DNA of 59,509 bases, filler included, from Sphacelaria rigidula (Eukaryota): the NCBI GenBank assembly GCA_964200075.2. It is 6 parts of 6 records of this genome, joined end to end, with 100 filler letters (N's around TTAATTAATTAA, not from the genome) between each part and the next. Parts side by side here need not be neighbours in the genome. Positions count along the whole stretch, not along the records: positions 9,937 to 19,771 come from CAXNAA020007662.1; positions 19,872 to 29,706 come from CAXNAA020007663.1; 4 more parts are not named here. One strand, given 5' to 3'. Below the pieces are notes generated by a model. That model saw nothing but the letters and a program-made list of their open reading frames with translations, had not been told where the DNA came from and did not search any database. Shown here piece after piece: positions 9,937-22,580 of the stretch. Numbering within the stretch: the stretch's first letter is position 1; each line of letters opens with the position of its first letter. The position numbers and the translations under genes are program-made.

Positions 9937-12900
9937 GTACGAGTCGAATCAATTATTCTAAAACCAAGTAATTTCTAAGACGAATAATTATTTGTCCGAC
10001 CCTTGGAATAGTACCCACTATAGGGCACGGGGTTTACCACCCGGGGGGTAAGGAGCCCATCTTGCTCCGACCATGAAATTCCATGACAATGCTTCGCTCT
10101 GCTATGAGATCTCGGCCACTCAAATATCTAGAAAAATATTTTTATTTTCCTGTTCGCCGGGCCTGGCGTTCAAAGTTTACCGTACACGGTAAGGATTCGA
10201 TTTTACCCCTCCGCTGATTACTCCACCCTCCCAACGGCGCGGGAGGAGACTCGGGTAGACTGAAACGAACGAACGCTGCCTGACTTTTACCAGCGCGTTC
10301 ATTTTACCCATGCCTTGAACGTCGTTCGTTGTGCCGCAGGAACACTCGGACGAAGTGTACGTGCGGACGAGACACTCGCCGCTACACTGGGTCAGTCCTC
10401 AAGTCCAAGCTTTCAACAATGGTACCCAACAGCAGCCCCCCATGGCTCATGCTCATGATAAACAACAGTACATGTACGAAGAGCGGCATTATTTACCCGC
10501 CGGTGCCGGGGAATATCCTGCTCATGAAGAGGCGGAGTATTGCGATGGCGGAGCGGGAGATTTCGGCGATGAGGTCGGAGAGGTCAATAACCCCGAGGCG
10601 GGGAATTACGTGGAGGGGCAGTATCCTCAGCAGCACCCGGAGTACAGGGAAAGCGCTTCGGATGAACCGCAATGTTGTCCGTGCGGAGGGGAGCAACAGC
10701 ACCAGTATAGCCAGGAATAGAGGGAGGGGAGGCATTTCAGGAGATCGGGAAAACAGCAGCCTAAGAACTACAGTCTCGACATGCCCTGTGTGGTGCATGG
10801 AAGAAGTCCAGAGACAAATGGCCCGCACGTGAAGTTTCAAATTGGGTATCACGTTTGGGGGGGTCCTCACGATCAAGGCGGTATATTTTGGTACCGAAAG
10901 AAGTTGGTAGGACGACTGGGCTTTGGCTTGGCGTGAGCCCTACCGCCTGGGAATTGATGGTGCAGCGTGGTGACGCCCCTCTGTGCAATATGCAGTATGT
11001 CAGGAGCCATGGATGCTTTTCGGATTCTGGGGAACGGAGCGTTCGTCTTTCATACAGCTGGAAAATGAGCTGTGGGAACTGGCGCTTGTGGGTGTGATTC
11101 CTAGTCGAGCTCTGCTTCTATTGCCCGCCCGAAATGAAGGCATGAGATGTACTCACTCGTTCGAGGCGGCGAATTTGTAGTGGCTTGGCGTTTGCGTGCA
11201 AATGTGCTCTGCGTCCTTATACATCGTGTTTTGAAGTTCCGACAAACGTGACTGAGCATCGTATGTGTGTTTTTTCAATGTAATAGTAGTAGTGATCAGC
11301 TGTGTCGTTTCGGGACGTGATTGATTTGCGACCTATAAACAAAGTAACCTTGGGAGATGGGAGGGGGGGGGAGGTGAACGAAAAAATCAGTATGCGACAA
11401 GAAACGGGCGTACGCTGATTTTTTTTCACCCGAACGCGCACAATCGGAATTGAAGTTGAAGGGTGAAAAGGTGGGGAGGAAAGAACACGCTATATCAAGT
11501 CGGCATGCTAGAAAAAATGTGACCTCGTGTTTTTGTATTTGTGTATGTGTGTACTTGATGCTAAGATCACGTTGGGAACGGCAGGTTACGGTCGAGCGGC
11601 AAGGAGTGCAGAGCTCGCCGGCGTTGCAGTCTCACGAGGAATCTGTCTGGATGTGCGCATCGTCGCGTATCAAAATGATCGTCTTTTCTTGACTACAATA
11701 TCCAGACGTTTCATCTCTCGGGTTGATGAGCCTCTTCGATGCCACGGGGGAGAGCCTAAACGCGAGCGATATGTTTTACATTGTGGTAAATATCTAATAG
11801 AGGGAGTCACCCTTGCGGCACGTCCGAACTCGATTCGGCGCTGCAGCCCCTTATTTGGGGGGGTTGGAATGGTAGTGAAAGTTGTTCCCCAAGGTTTATC
11901 GAAATAAGTACACCATAAGAGGCGGCAATATGGAGTAGTCGCACCATGGTGGAGGGTGTCAGTGTGGGTAGAAAGACGATTGCGAGCAATGAGCAAGGCA
12001 TGCTGAGGAGAACTGGAATTGAGCCACACTTGTGATCTGTCTGCATGCATGGGGAAGATTAGACGAATTTGCTCATTGCTGATAAATTTATAGCAGCCAA
12101 CATCTTTGTTGGACGTTGAGGAGTGAGTAGAAAAGCAAAGAGGGATGGAGGCGACTTTTTTGGGCCGCAGGATGAGAACGTAACGGGTGGGGAGGGGGGG
12201 AAGGGTAGATGAAATTGCGCATTGGTGATGAATTTATAGCAGCCAGCATCGCTGTGCGACATTTGACGAGTGACTAGAGAATGACCGGGGAGAGATGGAG
12301 GCGTATCGTTGAGCTCAATCGATGCTCGGAATGAATTCGATTAGCTGTGTTTGAAGTGCAGGGGTGGGGTCGAGTGACGTTCGTTCTTGAGAGGCACACA
12401 TTATCCATCGTGGGCAGGCGAAGTGTGGTGAAGGTATAACTCGTTGAAGTTAATTTTTTTATGTTGGCATTTTTGCGATAACTCGGAGGGTCTTTGCATG
12501 GATTATGACGAGAAATGGTGCGGCAAATAAAAACACACGTTGGAACAAAACTGAGCACCCGGAGCAAAAAAGGTAGGAGAAGATATTTTTGTTGGGATGA
12601 GGAGAGACATCGAACAGTAGAGAGCTTGAGGGTGGAAGAGTAGGCGGCTTGGGCCTAGCATGGTTGAAAATGAGGGGTGAGCTCAGCCAGTTTCGTCCAT
12701 GGCCCTTGAAACACTATAAGACGCCACCGCTCATAAATCAATCGCAATGCAAAGGCGACACGCCCACAGCCCATGCAAGGCATGCACACTTGATTCACGG
12801 GACAAAGTCGCGATGTGGTGCAAAACAGAACCGCGGGGCACAAGGGCCTCGCAGAACACCCTCTGTTGTCCAACAACAGGGTCGGTGCACTCACCGCCAA

Positions 12901-13275
12901 CTATGTTTTTTCACACATATTTTTGCTCATTCCTGGACCCACTTTGGTCGAAGGCGTCCACACTTTCGCGCCACAATCAGCCTATACAGCCACCGTCCAA
13001 CTCGCCGCACGACGCAGACACAGCCGACCGCGGAGACGTCGCGCACGCTTTCATCTACGGCCCAGACAATGGAGACCCCGCCGTCTGAGTTTCTCACCCC
13101 ACAAAAACGAGATGCCTGCGGGGTCATCGGCACATTTCACGACCGTGTATAGGACTTCTCCGAACGTTAGCCGCTACACCGCTGCATGCCATGCCACACA
13201 CTCGATCGGCCAGCCGGAGTAATCTCTCAACGCCAGCTGCTATACCGCCGCCTACAGCACACCCTCGATCCGGTA

Positions 13276-15155
13276 CTACTGGATCAGCCAGTTGAAGTTA
13301 TCTCCAAGGTGGATCGGCCAGGTGGGGTGATCTCCAAACGTCAGCTGCTGCAGCGACGAAGGCCACGACACACCCTCGATCTGCTTGTCAAAACTTCGTC
13401 CCAACGTTAGCTGCTCCAGCGACGCCGGCCACACCACCCCCTTGATCGGCTGGTTGAAGCTATCTCCGAACGTCAGATGCTGCAGCGACGCTGGCCATGA
13501 CACACCCTCGATCGGCCTGGCAAAGCAGTGCCCGAAAATTAACCATTGTAGGGACGAAGGCCAGGACACATTCTCGATCGGTCGGTCAAAGGAGTTCCCG
13601 AACGTCAGCTCTCGCAGGGACGACGGCCACATGACGCCTTCGATCGGCTGGTTAAAGGAATTTCCGAAAGTCAGCAGCTGAAGCGACGAAGGCCACACAA
13701 CTCCCTTGACCGGCCAGTCGAAGCAATGCCCGAACGTCAACCATTGCAGGGACGAAGGCCACAAGACGCCCTCGATCGGCTTGTCGAAGTCAAGCCCGAA
13801 CGTCAGCCGCTGCAGCGACGCCGGCCACACAACACGCTCCACCCGCCTGTTAAAGCGACGCCCGAACGACAGCTGCTCCAGCGATGCAGGCCATGTCACA
13901 CTCTCGATTGGCCCATTAAACCAGTACCCGAACGTCAGCTGCTGCAATGAAGAAGGCCATGTTACACCCTCGACCCGCCGGTTGAAGTAGTCTCCGAAAG
14001 TCAGCTGCTCAAGCGACGCAGGCCATGTCATCCTTTTGATCGAGTGATTGAACCTATGTCCGAATGTCAGCTTCTGCAGCGACGAGGGCCACGACACACC
14101 TTCGATCGGCCAATTGAAGCTATCTCCGAACGTCAGCTGCTGCAGAGATGCTGGCAACGCCACATGCTCAATCGGCCAGTTGAAGTCTTTTCCGAACGTC
14201 AGCTGCTTCAATGACGCAGGCCAGGACACGCTCTCGATCGGCTGGTTGAAGCAATTCCTGAACGTCAGTTGCTGCAGGGACGAAGGCCACGCCACACCCA
14301 TGATCGGACGGTTGAGGCTATCTCCGAACGTCAGCTGCTGCAGCGACGCTGGCCACGCCACACTTTCGATCTGCTGGTTGAAGTCTTGTCCGAACGTTAG
14401 ACGCTGCAGCGACGCTGGCCACGCCACACTTTCGATCTGCTGGTTGAATTTTTGTCCAAAGGTCAGCTGTTGCAGCGACGCGGGCCACAACACACCTTCG
14501 ATCGGCCTATCGAAACAATGCTCGAACATCAACTGCTGCAGCGACGCAGACCACGCCACACCCTCAATCGGCTGGTTGAAGCTACGTCCGAACGCTAGCT
14601 GTTGCAGCGACGCAGGCCATGCCACACCCTCGATAGGCTGGTCGAAGGTATCTCCGAACCTCAGCTCCTGGAGCGAAGAAGGCCAAACCACGTTCGTAAT
14701 GGGTTGATTGAATATCACCCGTCTTTTCCAACGGTTCTCACCAAACACAATTCTTTTGATTCGCGGGGGCCAAACAATATGCTCTAGGCTACGGTCGAAC
14801 CAGCTGCTAAAGCAAAAGTTTCGCACATTGGTCAAGAGGTTTGCCTCTTGAGTCATGAGCGCCACATCAGTATTCAACACCCATTCAACGCTACGTGCTC
14901 GTAGCAAAGGCACTCGAGTTCTATCAGTGCGTTCCCCCATTCCAGCGATCACCGTCGAGGATTGCCCGGACGGATCTTTCCATAGCCTGAGCGGTGTACA
15001 CTCAGCAAGCAACACACGGAAGCTACTTGTGCGGCGACAAGCGATGCAGAGCGGTAGTGACACCAGCTGTAACTCTGCTCTCGGCAAATACGATCCTTCC
15101 CCGGAGGAAGCCTCGTCGAGGGCGACGGTGAAGGCATCCAGACGAAGCCTGCTGC
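13276..15155 (-). CDS. FNIP-type (LRR-like) 22-aa repeat protein, main exon
   Basis: ORF of more than 600 aa with 20 complete units plus one partial unit of WP(A/S)SLQQLTFGxxFNQPIEGV(A/S/V). The frame stays open upstream of the annotated TTG to a candidate acceptor gccacag|GC at 15155. Confidence 0.88.
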
Positions 15156-15252
15156 CTGTGGCACGAGCATGGAACGGGCGCTGTGTGATTCACCTCGTCC
15201 AGGATTAACACGCGGAGAAAACACGGAACCCGTCGCGAGTTGATCGCGCAAC

Positions 15253-15304
15253 CTGATCTAGTACAGTTTCTTGCACGCAAGACGGAGGAATCGGACTGCG
15301 CCAT
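15253..15304 (-). CDS. Putative first exon of the FNIP-repeat gene (MAQSDSSVLRARNCTRSG)
   Basis: ATG at 15304. The donor CAG|gttgcg (phase 1) joins the 15155 acceptor in frame through a 97-nt intron. Confidence 0.45.
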
Positions 15305-16767
15305 GCGAACGTATCACTTCAGGCAAGCTTTTGGACACCGCGGGCGCTCATTCTTCAGCATTTCTTTACCTCCACGTGACTGGCGGGAAGGTCATAACGG
15401 CGGGCTATCGCCGGATTTCACCGACTTTTTTTAACAATTATCCGTACCACTTCAAATTAACTGCAGGTTTATTAAAAGGCGTCGGCGTAGATTTTGAGCG
15501 TTCATTTCGCGGCGCTGTCTCGCCGCGGCCTTTCAAAACACTTGCACCGAACTAGGCTTGTATGGGCGTTCGTACACCAGTTGCCCAGAATTCGCATGTG
15601 AGGAACGACACTACTTTGACGGGGAACTACTCGTACTGGCGGGTGCTACAAAGATCTGAGCTGTGCTCTTCGTACAGCAGTGCCTGCAGCCTGCATTGTT
15701 TTCTTGTTGACACGCATACATTCCACCGCTCAACACTCGTCTCACCTGCTGCCGTGCTCACGCCGGTGTCAGACACGCCACTTCGTGCAAATTTGGAACT
15801 GTTCGTGGCTGGAATTACTGTGCCGCAAGTACGCACCATCACTCAGCTCCTCGCCCCAACAAATCTGTCCTCCAGATGGCAAAGCGTTGAGCGCACGTAA
15901 TCCCTCACGTGATGTTCTTCACTCGCACACCTGCGATCGGAAACGTAAAAACCGGCATCGTGCGTTTGGTGGTGAGTTACTGCAGCGTATAATGCTCATC
16001 GCTCTCCATTATGATTTCATCCATGAGATGGGAATTGCTAGCCCTTGAACCGCTCTAGCCAGTGGAGACGAACAGCGTGACGCTCACAGCACCAATGAAC
16101 GAAGGACAGCTTCCACTTCCAGTCAGTTTCACGAATATTCATGCCAACTGTTGACAGACGTCAATGGTACTCGCTTGTACCAACGATACTCGCTTGGGAA
16201 AAAGGTATGTGCTGTGTCGGTGATTTCACTGATCGGTATCATTAATTGTAGCTCCCGCACTGGCTCCGACAATACCAACGCCCCTTTTTTTGTTTTCCGC
16301 CTCCCGTTGTCATGAGGGCAGCTATATTTATTCGGGCCTTCACTGAGTCCTCATTTTTTTGCGCCCTCTTTCTCGCTTCTTGGCGTCGATTTTTCTCGGG
16401 ACTCTGCTCTTGTTTTCCCTTGTCTCTGAGTTTCGGCGCTTGTTGAGCGGCCTCTTTCCGGACTCCCGAAAAGAAGAGAAAATTATGAAGACATAATCTT
16501 GTAGGAAATAGAGAACGTCCCTATTTTGAGAAAGAATCGAGAATGAGGGGCAGATTCTGGCCGCGCGCAAAGAGGCTCTATAAAACAAATCCCCCGAAAA
16601 AACAAGCCGCTCCGGGAAGAAAGGGGGATCTCAAGAAAGTAATAAGCACGAAGTGTCCCTTTTAGGCTCCGAAAAATATAAGTGGGCTTTTGGGATTGAA
16701 GAGCCTACAGAGCGAACGCTATTAGTCGGGTACGATTTCGCCGCCGTCTTTTTCCATCACTTCTATC

Positions 16768-17543
16768 GTGAGTATTTTCTTCACACCCCCTGTCCTGCGA
16801 ATTTGTGCAGTACCCCTGTCCCGGGTATTTTTCAAGACCCCTTGTCCTACGTTTTCGTACAGTCTCCCTGTCTTGTGTACTTCTGTGCTCCCTTTTTCTT
16901 GAATATTTTCACAGCTACCTTGTCCTGAATACTTTTACACACACCCCTGCCCGTAGTATTTCACGAAACCCCTTTAGTGAGTATTTTCACCCTCATGCCC
17001 TGAGCGTTTTCACAGACCCCCGTCTCGAGACCTTTTACAAAAAACCCTAACGTGTGCACTGTTACAGATACCCTGTCGAAAGTATTTTTACAGGTCCCGT
17101 GTCGCGAGTATTGGCTCAGAGTGGTGAGTACTATTTAAGTCCCCTTTGTCCTCAGTTGTTTTACAGTTCCCCTCTCTTGAATATATCTTCGATCACTTTG
17201 CTCTGAGTATTCTTACGGTCACCTTATCCTGTGTATTTTTACAAACCTCCTGTCTTGCTTAGGTTTACAGACCCCCAATCGTGAGTACTTTTGCTTGTCC
17301 TCAGGTTTTTTCCAGTCCCCCTCTTCTGAATATTTTTACATCCACTTTGCCGTGAGCATCCTCACAGGCGCTCTACCGTGAGTATTTTTACATCCCCCAC
17401 ACACTCAGTAATTTCCCAAGCCCTTGCCTGGAGAGTTCCACGAATCCCCTATCGTGAGCATTTCTACAGATGCCGTGTCGGGATTATGTTTACATATCCG
17501 CTACCTTGAGTATTGGTACAGACCCCATTTCGTGAGTATTCAC
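16768..17543 (+). repeat. Degenerate 26-bp minisatellite, ~30 units, consensus STGAGTATTTTTACAGACCCCCTGTC
   Basis: Units parsed by eye, for example ttgaatattttcacagctaccttgtc, ctgtgtatttttacaaacctcctgtc and gtgagcatttctacagatgccgtgtc. Confidence 0.8.
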
Positions 17544-19771
17544 ACTGGTCATTTGAGGGGGGGGGCGGAGTAGGTGTCAGCGACCCCGGAGAGACGTGCA
17601 TGCTGCTTCTCACCTCCTTCCGTACGTGATAATATTCGCATCAATACTGATGGTTCACCATGCACGTACGCTCCAAGTGATGGGGTGAAGGTTTCGCCCT
17701 GCCTTTTGATCACGGATATTTTTTGTTTGTTGTTATCGCTGCCCCCTTTCTTTCCTTTTTGAGGTCGTTTCTTTCTTTATTGTATTTTATTATTATAAGT
17801 TTGTTCTATTTTTGCTACTCCTGACCACGGGCTGGATTGTTGCAATCACCCAATGTGAGATAATCAATCAATCAATCAATCAATGTCGTGCATTATCAGG
17901 CCGATTGCAGAAAGGCGGAGCGCTGCCCCGTGGTGCGGATGATGTTGTGTCTATGCCAGCGCTGCAGCACGTCGGCAGCGCCGCGCACAACTTGGTGGAC
18001 CAGCATGGAGGGCGAATATCTGGGTCGGAAGTGAGAGGAGGTGGAGGGTGGGGCGAAGGACACGCATCCCCACCGAAGCGCACGGCCGGCAAATTGTCGA
18101 GGTGGGACTATTGTTCGATCTTCACTTTCTTGTCGGAAGCTTTTGCAGTAGCGGTGGGATCAACCACTACGGAGTTCGAAATTTCGGCCCCTCGGTTCTA
18201 GTCCCTTGCTATGTACGCGGATTGTTCTGATGAGGGTGCTGCCAGGATCGTTCTGAGGCCGTTGCCGGTTGTTGTTGGAGAATACCACACGGTGAGTTTC
18301 GCCTACATGTTCTTTAGCGGTGTCTCGAACTTTATCCCCCTCCAGGCTCCATCTTCAACGCCTTACAGCGGCCGAATCAACATACACGCCAGCAAGTCAC
18401 TCCGTTCTGGTGACATAAATCATGTGTGGACCACTGAGTAGCGTCTACATGCCGGGCAATCACTCGTAGACCTACGTGGTATGAAACGAACAGCTTGATT
18501 GTTCTATTACAAACAAGATGCATCCTTGTGATGAAAAGCCTTCGCATCATTGGTGTTGGTATGTCGCCGTAGTATGGCCATGCTTCGATCTCTCAGTCAT
18601 TGGTCTCCGGGGCGAGGCCGTGCGTTCGCGCCAGCCTCAGTTTTCATCATGTATATATGCTCATGGTAGTTCAGGGTTGCCTCCGAAAAGAAACCCAACA
18701 CAAGAAATATTTTGCCACTGTCCTCTGTCACACCGACCGGTCTGATCATCACTTTCTTGTTCGCTGCGTTCGTAGACCAGACCGGCTCGTCCAAGCGGGG
18801 GTCAGATTTGGCATGACAGTACACACCGTGAAGGCGGTGCAGATAGCGCTTTCAAGTGACGGTCTGGGCGAGGGGTGGACGAGCGTGGGAGGTTGAGTAG
18901 GGTAAAGCATCTCCTTCAGCTTGAAACAGAGACGGGATCGAGCGCTACTGGAGTACGGTCATTACCTTGGGCGCGGTGGAGAGTGAGTACTTGATTAGGG
19001 CCAGACGCCCCGCACGACGGCAACCAACGTCCATGCTCAGAAGAGTACGGTGGCCTCTCGAAGTGGGCAGCTCACAAGGGTTAACGGTATTCCTCACGAG
19101 CAAAATCACTCCAAGAAGACCAAGCACCTGCCTGGTGTTGGGACTTCCGATACCTCGACTCTAATCACTTTCATCGACGAGTTAGAAAGCGAAGCGATTA
19201 ACCGCAGGGCGTGCGACTTGGCAGTCGGGCGTCCGAAGAACCACCACGACCACGCCCGCGGCTGCTGCACGGACGTGTGGATGTGCGGCCGCTACTTCTG
19301 CGACTCATCTCTGATGAGGTCGTTTGTCGAGCTTGGTAAACTGTGCATCACACACCTGCCGGATAAACAGGAAATTTAGTTGTAGTTGGTCTCCTGTAGT
19401 TTAACAGGCCTTCTGCGGATATCTCATAGTGTATAGGCCTTTCTTTCCGTGTAGATGTTCTGTTCTTCGCCTCCCTCAGCTGGCTGATGATATATGGGTA
19501 CGGATGGTGTGCTCCTTGCAATGTGGCCACGGGTTCGAGCGATCGACCGAAAGTGACGAAATGATAATGATGGTTAGTTGAAGTCGGGTTTTCCCGGGGA
19601 ACCGGGCCATACGGTGTGCGCCGTCTACACACTTACCGCGAATCAAGCTGCAGCAGGGGACTTCAGCACATCTTGTGTCCGTTTTTTTTTTTTTTTCTTT
19701 TTTGTCTCGGCCTTTTTTTGAAATTCTCAGTTGGGTACAAATACGGGCCTTATTTGCTTCTAGGGTATGGT

Positions 19772-19871
19772 NNNNNNNNNNNNNNNNNNNNNNNNNNNNN
19801 NNNNNNNNNNNNNNNTTAATTAATTAANNNNNNNNNNNNNNNNNNNNNNNNNNNNNNNNNNNNNNNNNNNN
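19772..19871. other. Artificial 100-bp contig spacer
   Basis: N44-TTAATTAATTAA-N44. Confidence 0.97.

Positions 19872-19933
<62 letters not shown>
19872..19933. repeat. (ATA)n microsatellite at a contig end
   Basis: Read directly from the sequence. Confidence 0.9.
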
Positions 19934-19934
<1 letters not shown>

Positions 19935-19936
<2 letters not shown>

Positions 19937-20165
19937 GCCGGGGTCACACAGGAGGAAGGCCCTACGGACTAACAAGAGTTTTTTTTTTATCATGTTCTTT
20001 GAAGCAGTACTCCACCTTTCTTATGCGGTGCTTGCCTTGCTTTCTTCGCGAGAGGAGTTCAACGGTCGATTTCCCTCGTCGACCGTGAAGTCGAATTTTA
20101 TGTATCCACGACATAGTCGCTCTCCACTGCTGGGCATGATGTATGAAGAAAAAAATCCAAGATCG
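19935..20165 (-). mobile_element. Partial tRNA-derived SINE body
   Basis: The reverse complement matches the 22217 family (CATGCCCAGCAGTGGAGAGCGACTATGTCGTGG...CTCCTGTGTGACCCCGGC). Confidence 0.75.
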
Positions 20166-20175
20166 TGTGATATTA

Positions 20176-20434
20176 GAGCAATGCTACGGTAGGGGTGCGC
20201 CTTTTGCGCAAAATATTGTCTGGTTGAGGGCTCCTAACGATTCTAGATGCACAATAATATGGTTCAGGGCATCCCCGTTACCAAATTCACTCGGGATATC
20301 CCTACAGTAGGAAATTGAAATAGTAATCCTGGCGTACTCTCAAATATTTCATAAGTCGTGTTTTGGATGAGATAAAGGGCTCCCAACATTTCTAACCTCA
20401 AAAATATTTGTGCACCCCTACCGTAGCATCACTC
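20176..20434. mobile_element. MITE with GAG...CTC termini (Sola-like family A)
   Basis: TIR GAGCAATGCTACGGTAGGGGTGC / GCACCCCTACCGTAGCATCACTC. It is an inverted homolog of 55802-56058. Confidence 0.8.
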
Positions 20435-21095
20435 TTTTCTGATCCGCTTAGCTCCAACGTTTCGAGAACGACTTCTGAACAAAATCTCAGCTGGACATGA
20501 AATATAAGGTGTCTGTACAGCAAGATTCTGTAGTAATTTTTCAATTTTTCCAGATCGTGCTCACAATTTTTTTTCATGTCCAGCAAGATTTTTGTTCAGA
20601 GGCCAGTCTCGAAACCTCGGAGCCAAGCGAATCGGAAGCATGGGCTGGACGACTCTCTTGATGGGGCTGTGCGAAATGTCCAGGACATGTAAGGGCGATG
20701 TTCACGGTTTAGGGGCCAAAAGCTGGATCAAATGTCCCACAAAACTGATGGACGAACCCCCCCTTCCCCCCCAAAAAGCGGAAGAAGCGGTCTCAGTTTA
20801 TGTAGTCTGAAGAATTTTTTTCCACCCTTCGTGTTGAGCGGCAGAGCGTGCATCAGCACTTTGGGATGCAGTTCATTGCGAAATACGTACATGGGGCTAA
20901 TTCGGAAAGCGGAAAAGGTTTTTGTGCGCCCGGGGTAAAACGTTTTATGTCTGGCCCAGCTCGGACCGTAGCGCTCAAGGGGTCAAGACTGACCGCGAGT
21001 TTGTCCGAAAATCTAGCTTCGAAGATGTCGGAGAAAAATTCCAATGGTTGAAGGAAAAAGCTGAAGGAAAAAAAAAACTGGGAAAAAGTCCGACG

Positions 21096-21324
21096 TTAAC
21101 CCTTTTGGAAACCCACTGACGGTTTTTGTTTTCGTGTATCGGCATCATTTTGACTTGAGAATGACTGAAAATGATGCCGATTCGCAAAATATAAAATCGT
21201 CATTGATTTCCAAAAGGGTTAACCCTTAGACCGCGAGGTTAGTCTTTCTGGGTCGTGTATACTTTTTCCAAGTGAAATTGATGCCGACTCAACAGATGAC
21301 CTACTCTCGCTGTCTAAGGGTTAA
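21096..21324. mobile_element. Two adjacent TTAA MITEs sharing one TTAA (21100-21218 and 21223-21320)
   Basis: TTAA-CCCTTTTGGAAA...TTTCCAAAAGGG-TTAA-CCCTTAGAC...GTCTAAGGG-TTAA. A TTAA target with CCC termini is the piggyBac signature. Confidence 0.8.
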
Positions 21325-22216
21325 CAAGACACCTACCCTGCATTATTACCTGGGGTCTTAGCCCCCCAGAAATCTGCGCCATCGTCGGGCAGCTTCTAGT
21401 TCTTCCGAAAAATGTAAGAGGAGGTTTCTATTTGTAGCCGTTCGACGGCGAGCATAGGTCATCTGTTGAAACGGCATCAATTTCACTCGAAAAAAAGTGT
21501 GTATGATCCAGATAGACTACCCTCGCGGACAAGGGGTTAACCCCTTGAGCGCCGGGCCTCGTTTCGGTACAATATTTCGGCTGACAAGTTTGTGCGAAAT
21601 GTTCACACCATTATACTGTCGTAGATTCGAACACGATGCAGTGCAGGCAGTACAGACGTTTCACTACTGTCTGTATACAGAAGGATGCGAAACAGATTTG
21701 AACGAGTTGCAGCAGTACTGTGTACCGTACTGTCTCCGCACAGGAAGAGGCATGTAAAAAACAGATTTTGAAACACCCTGCGGTGCAGGCCCGTACAGAC
21801 TGTCCTTACCATCTGCATACGGAAGGGTGTAAAACGTACAACCCATGTGAGCACATGTGCAGTTAACGCGTACAGACAGTACACCTCGGTTCTGCCTGTA
21901 CTGTTTATATACACTAGGATGTAGATACAGGAATACAACGGTCTGCGGACAATAACTACTTGCAACTGGTACCGCGGTGGATTTGGCGGTGCAAAGGAGA
22001 TCGTGGGTAATGGCGAACCCACACCCGCTGCCTAGAGACCATTGCTCACCTGTATTATACTGGAGCGATATGTTACGCGACGAAGCGCGGACGGTAAAAT
22101 TCTGAGGGGCGTCTTGGGACAGTAGAGGACAAGGCACCACGCGGTGTTCCCGTCATCGCTATCATCCAGTCGAACTTGCATTGGGCAATGTCTGTCGTCA
22201 AGCACCCGCACATACG

Positions 22217-22580
22217 CCGGTCGCCCCGGTGGCTCAGTTGGTAACCTCGAAACCTTTTGACCATTGGGTCGTGGGTTCAAATCTCGGAGCGATCTGGGAT
22301 TTTATCTCACACCATGCCCAACAGTGGAGGGCGTCCATGTCGTCGGTCCACAAAATTTGACGCAACGGTCGACGGGGGGAAAAGGACTGCTGAACCCCTC
22401 TCGCGATAAAGAAAATAAAAGGCAAGCACCGCAGGAAGAAGGTGGGGTACTAAAAACAAGCATATGAGGGAAAAAAAGTGTGATGGCGCCCCTCCTGTGT
22501 GACCCCGGCTGGTGCGCCTGCATATACCGAAAGGTGCAGACCGGCGTCCAGAATAGATGGGACGACAACACAACAACTTA
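22217..22580 (+). mobile_element. Full-length tRNA-derived SINE (~360 bp)
   Basis: Pol III A box TGGCTCAGTTGG and B box GGTTCAAATCT, a body unrelated to tRNA and an AC-rich tail. At least six copies or fragments occur in the window. Confidence 0.82.

Noticed and set aside
13385-14707. Plus-strand repetitive Cys-rich ORFs (PNVSCCSDAGH...)
   Set aside because: These are antisense shadows of the FNIP repeat exon.
9937-19771. FNIP gene nested in a SPAG6 intron
   Set aside because: The two lie on different contigs joined by an artificial spacer, so their adjacency is not biological.
22223-22291. tRNA gene (also at 38180, 53460 and 59377)
   Set aside because: It has A and B boxes but no complete cloverleaf or acceptor stem, and it is always fused to the same ~290-bp body. 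It is a SINE head.
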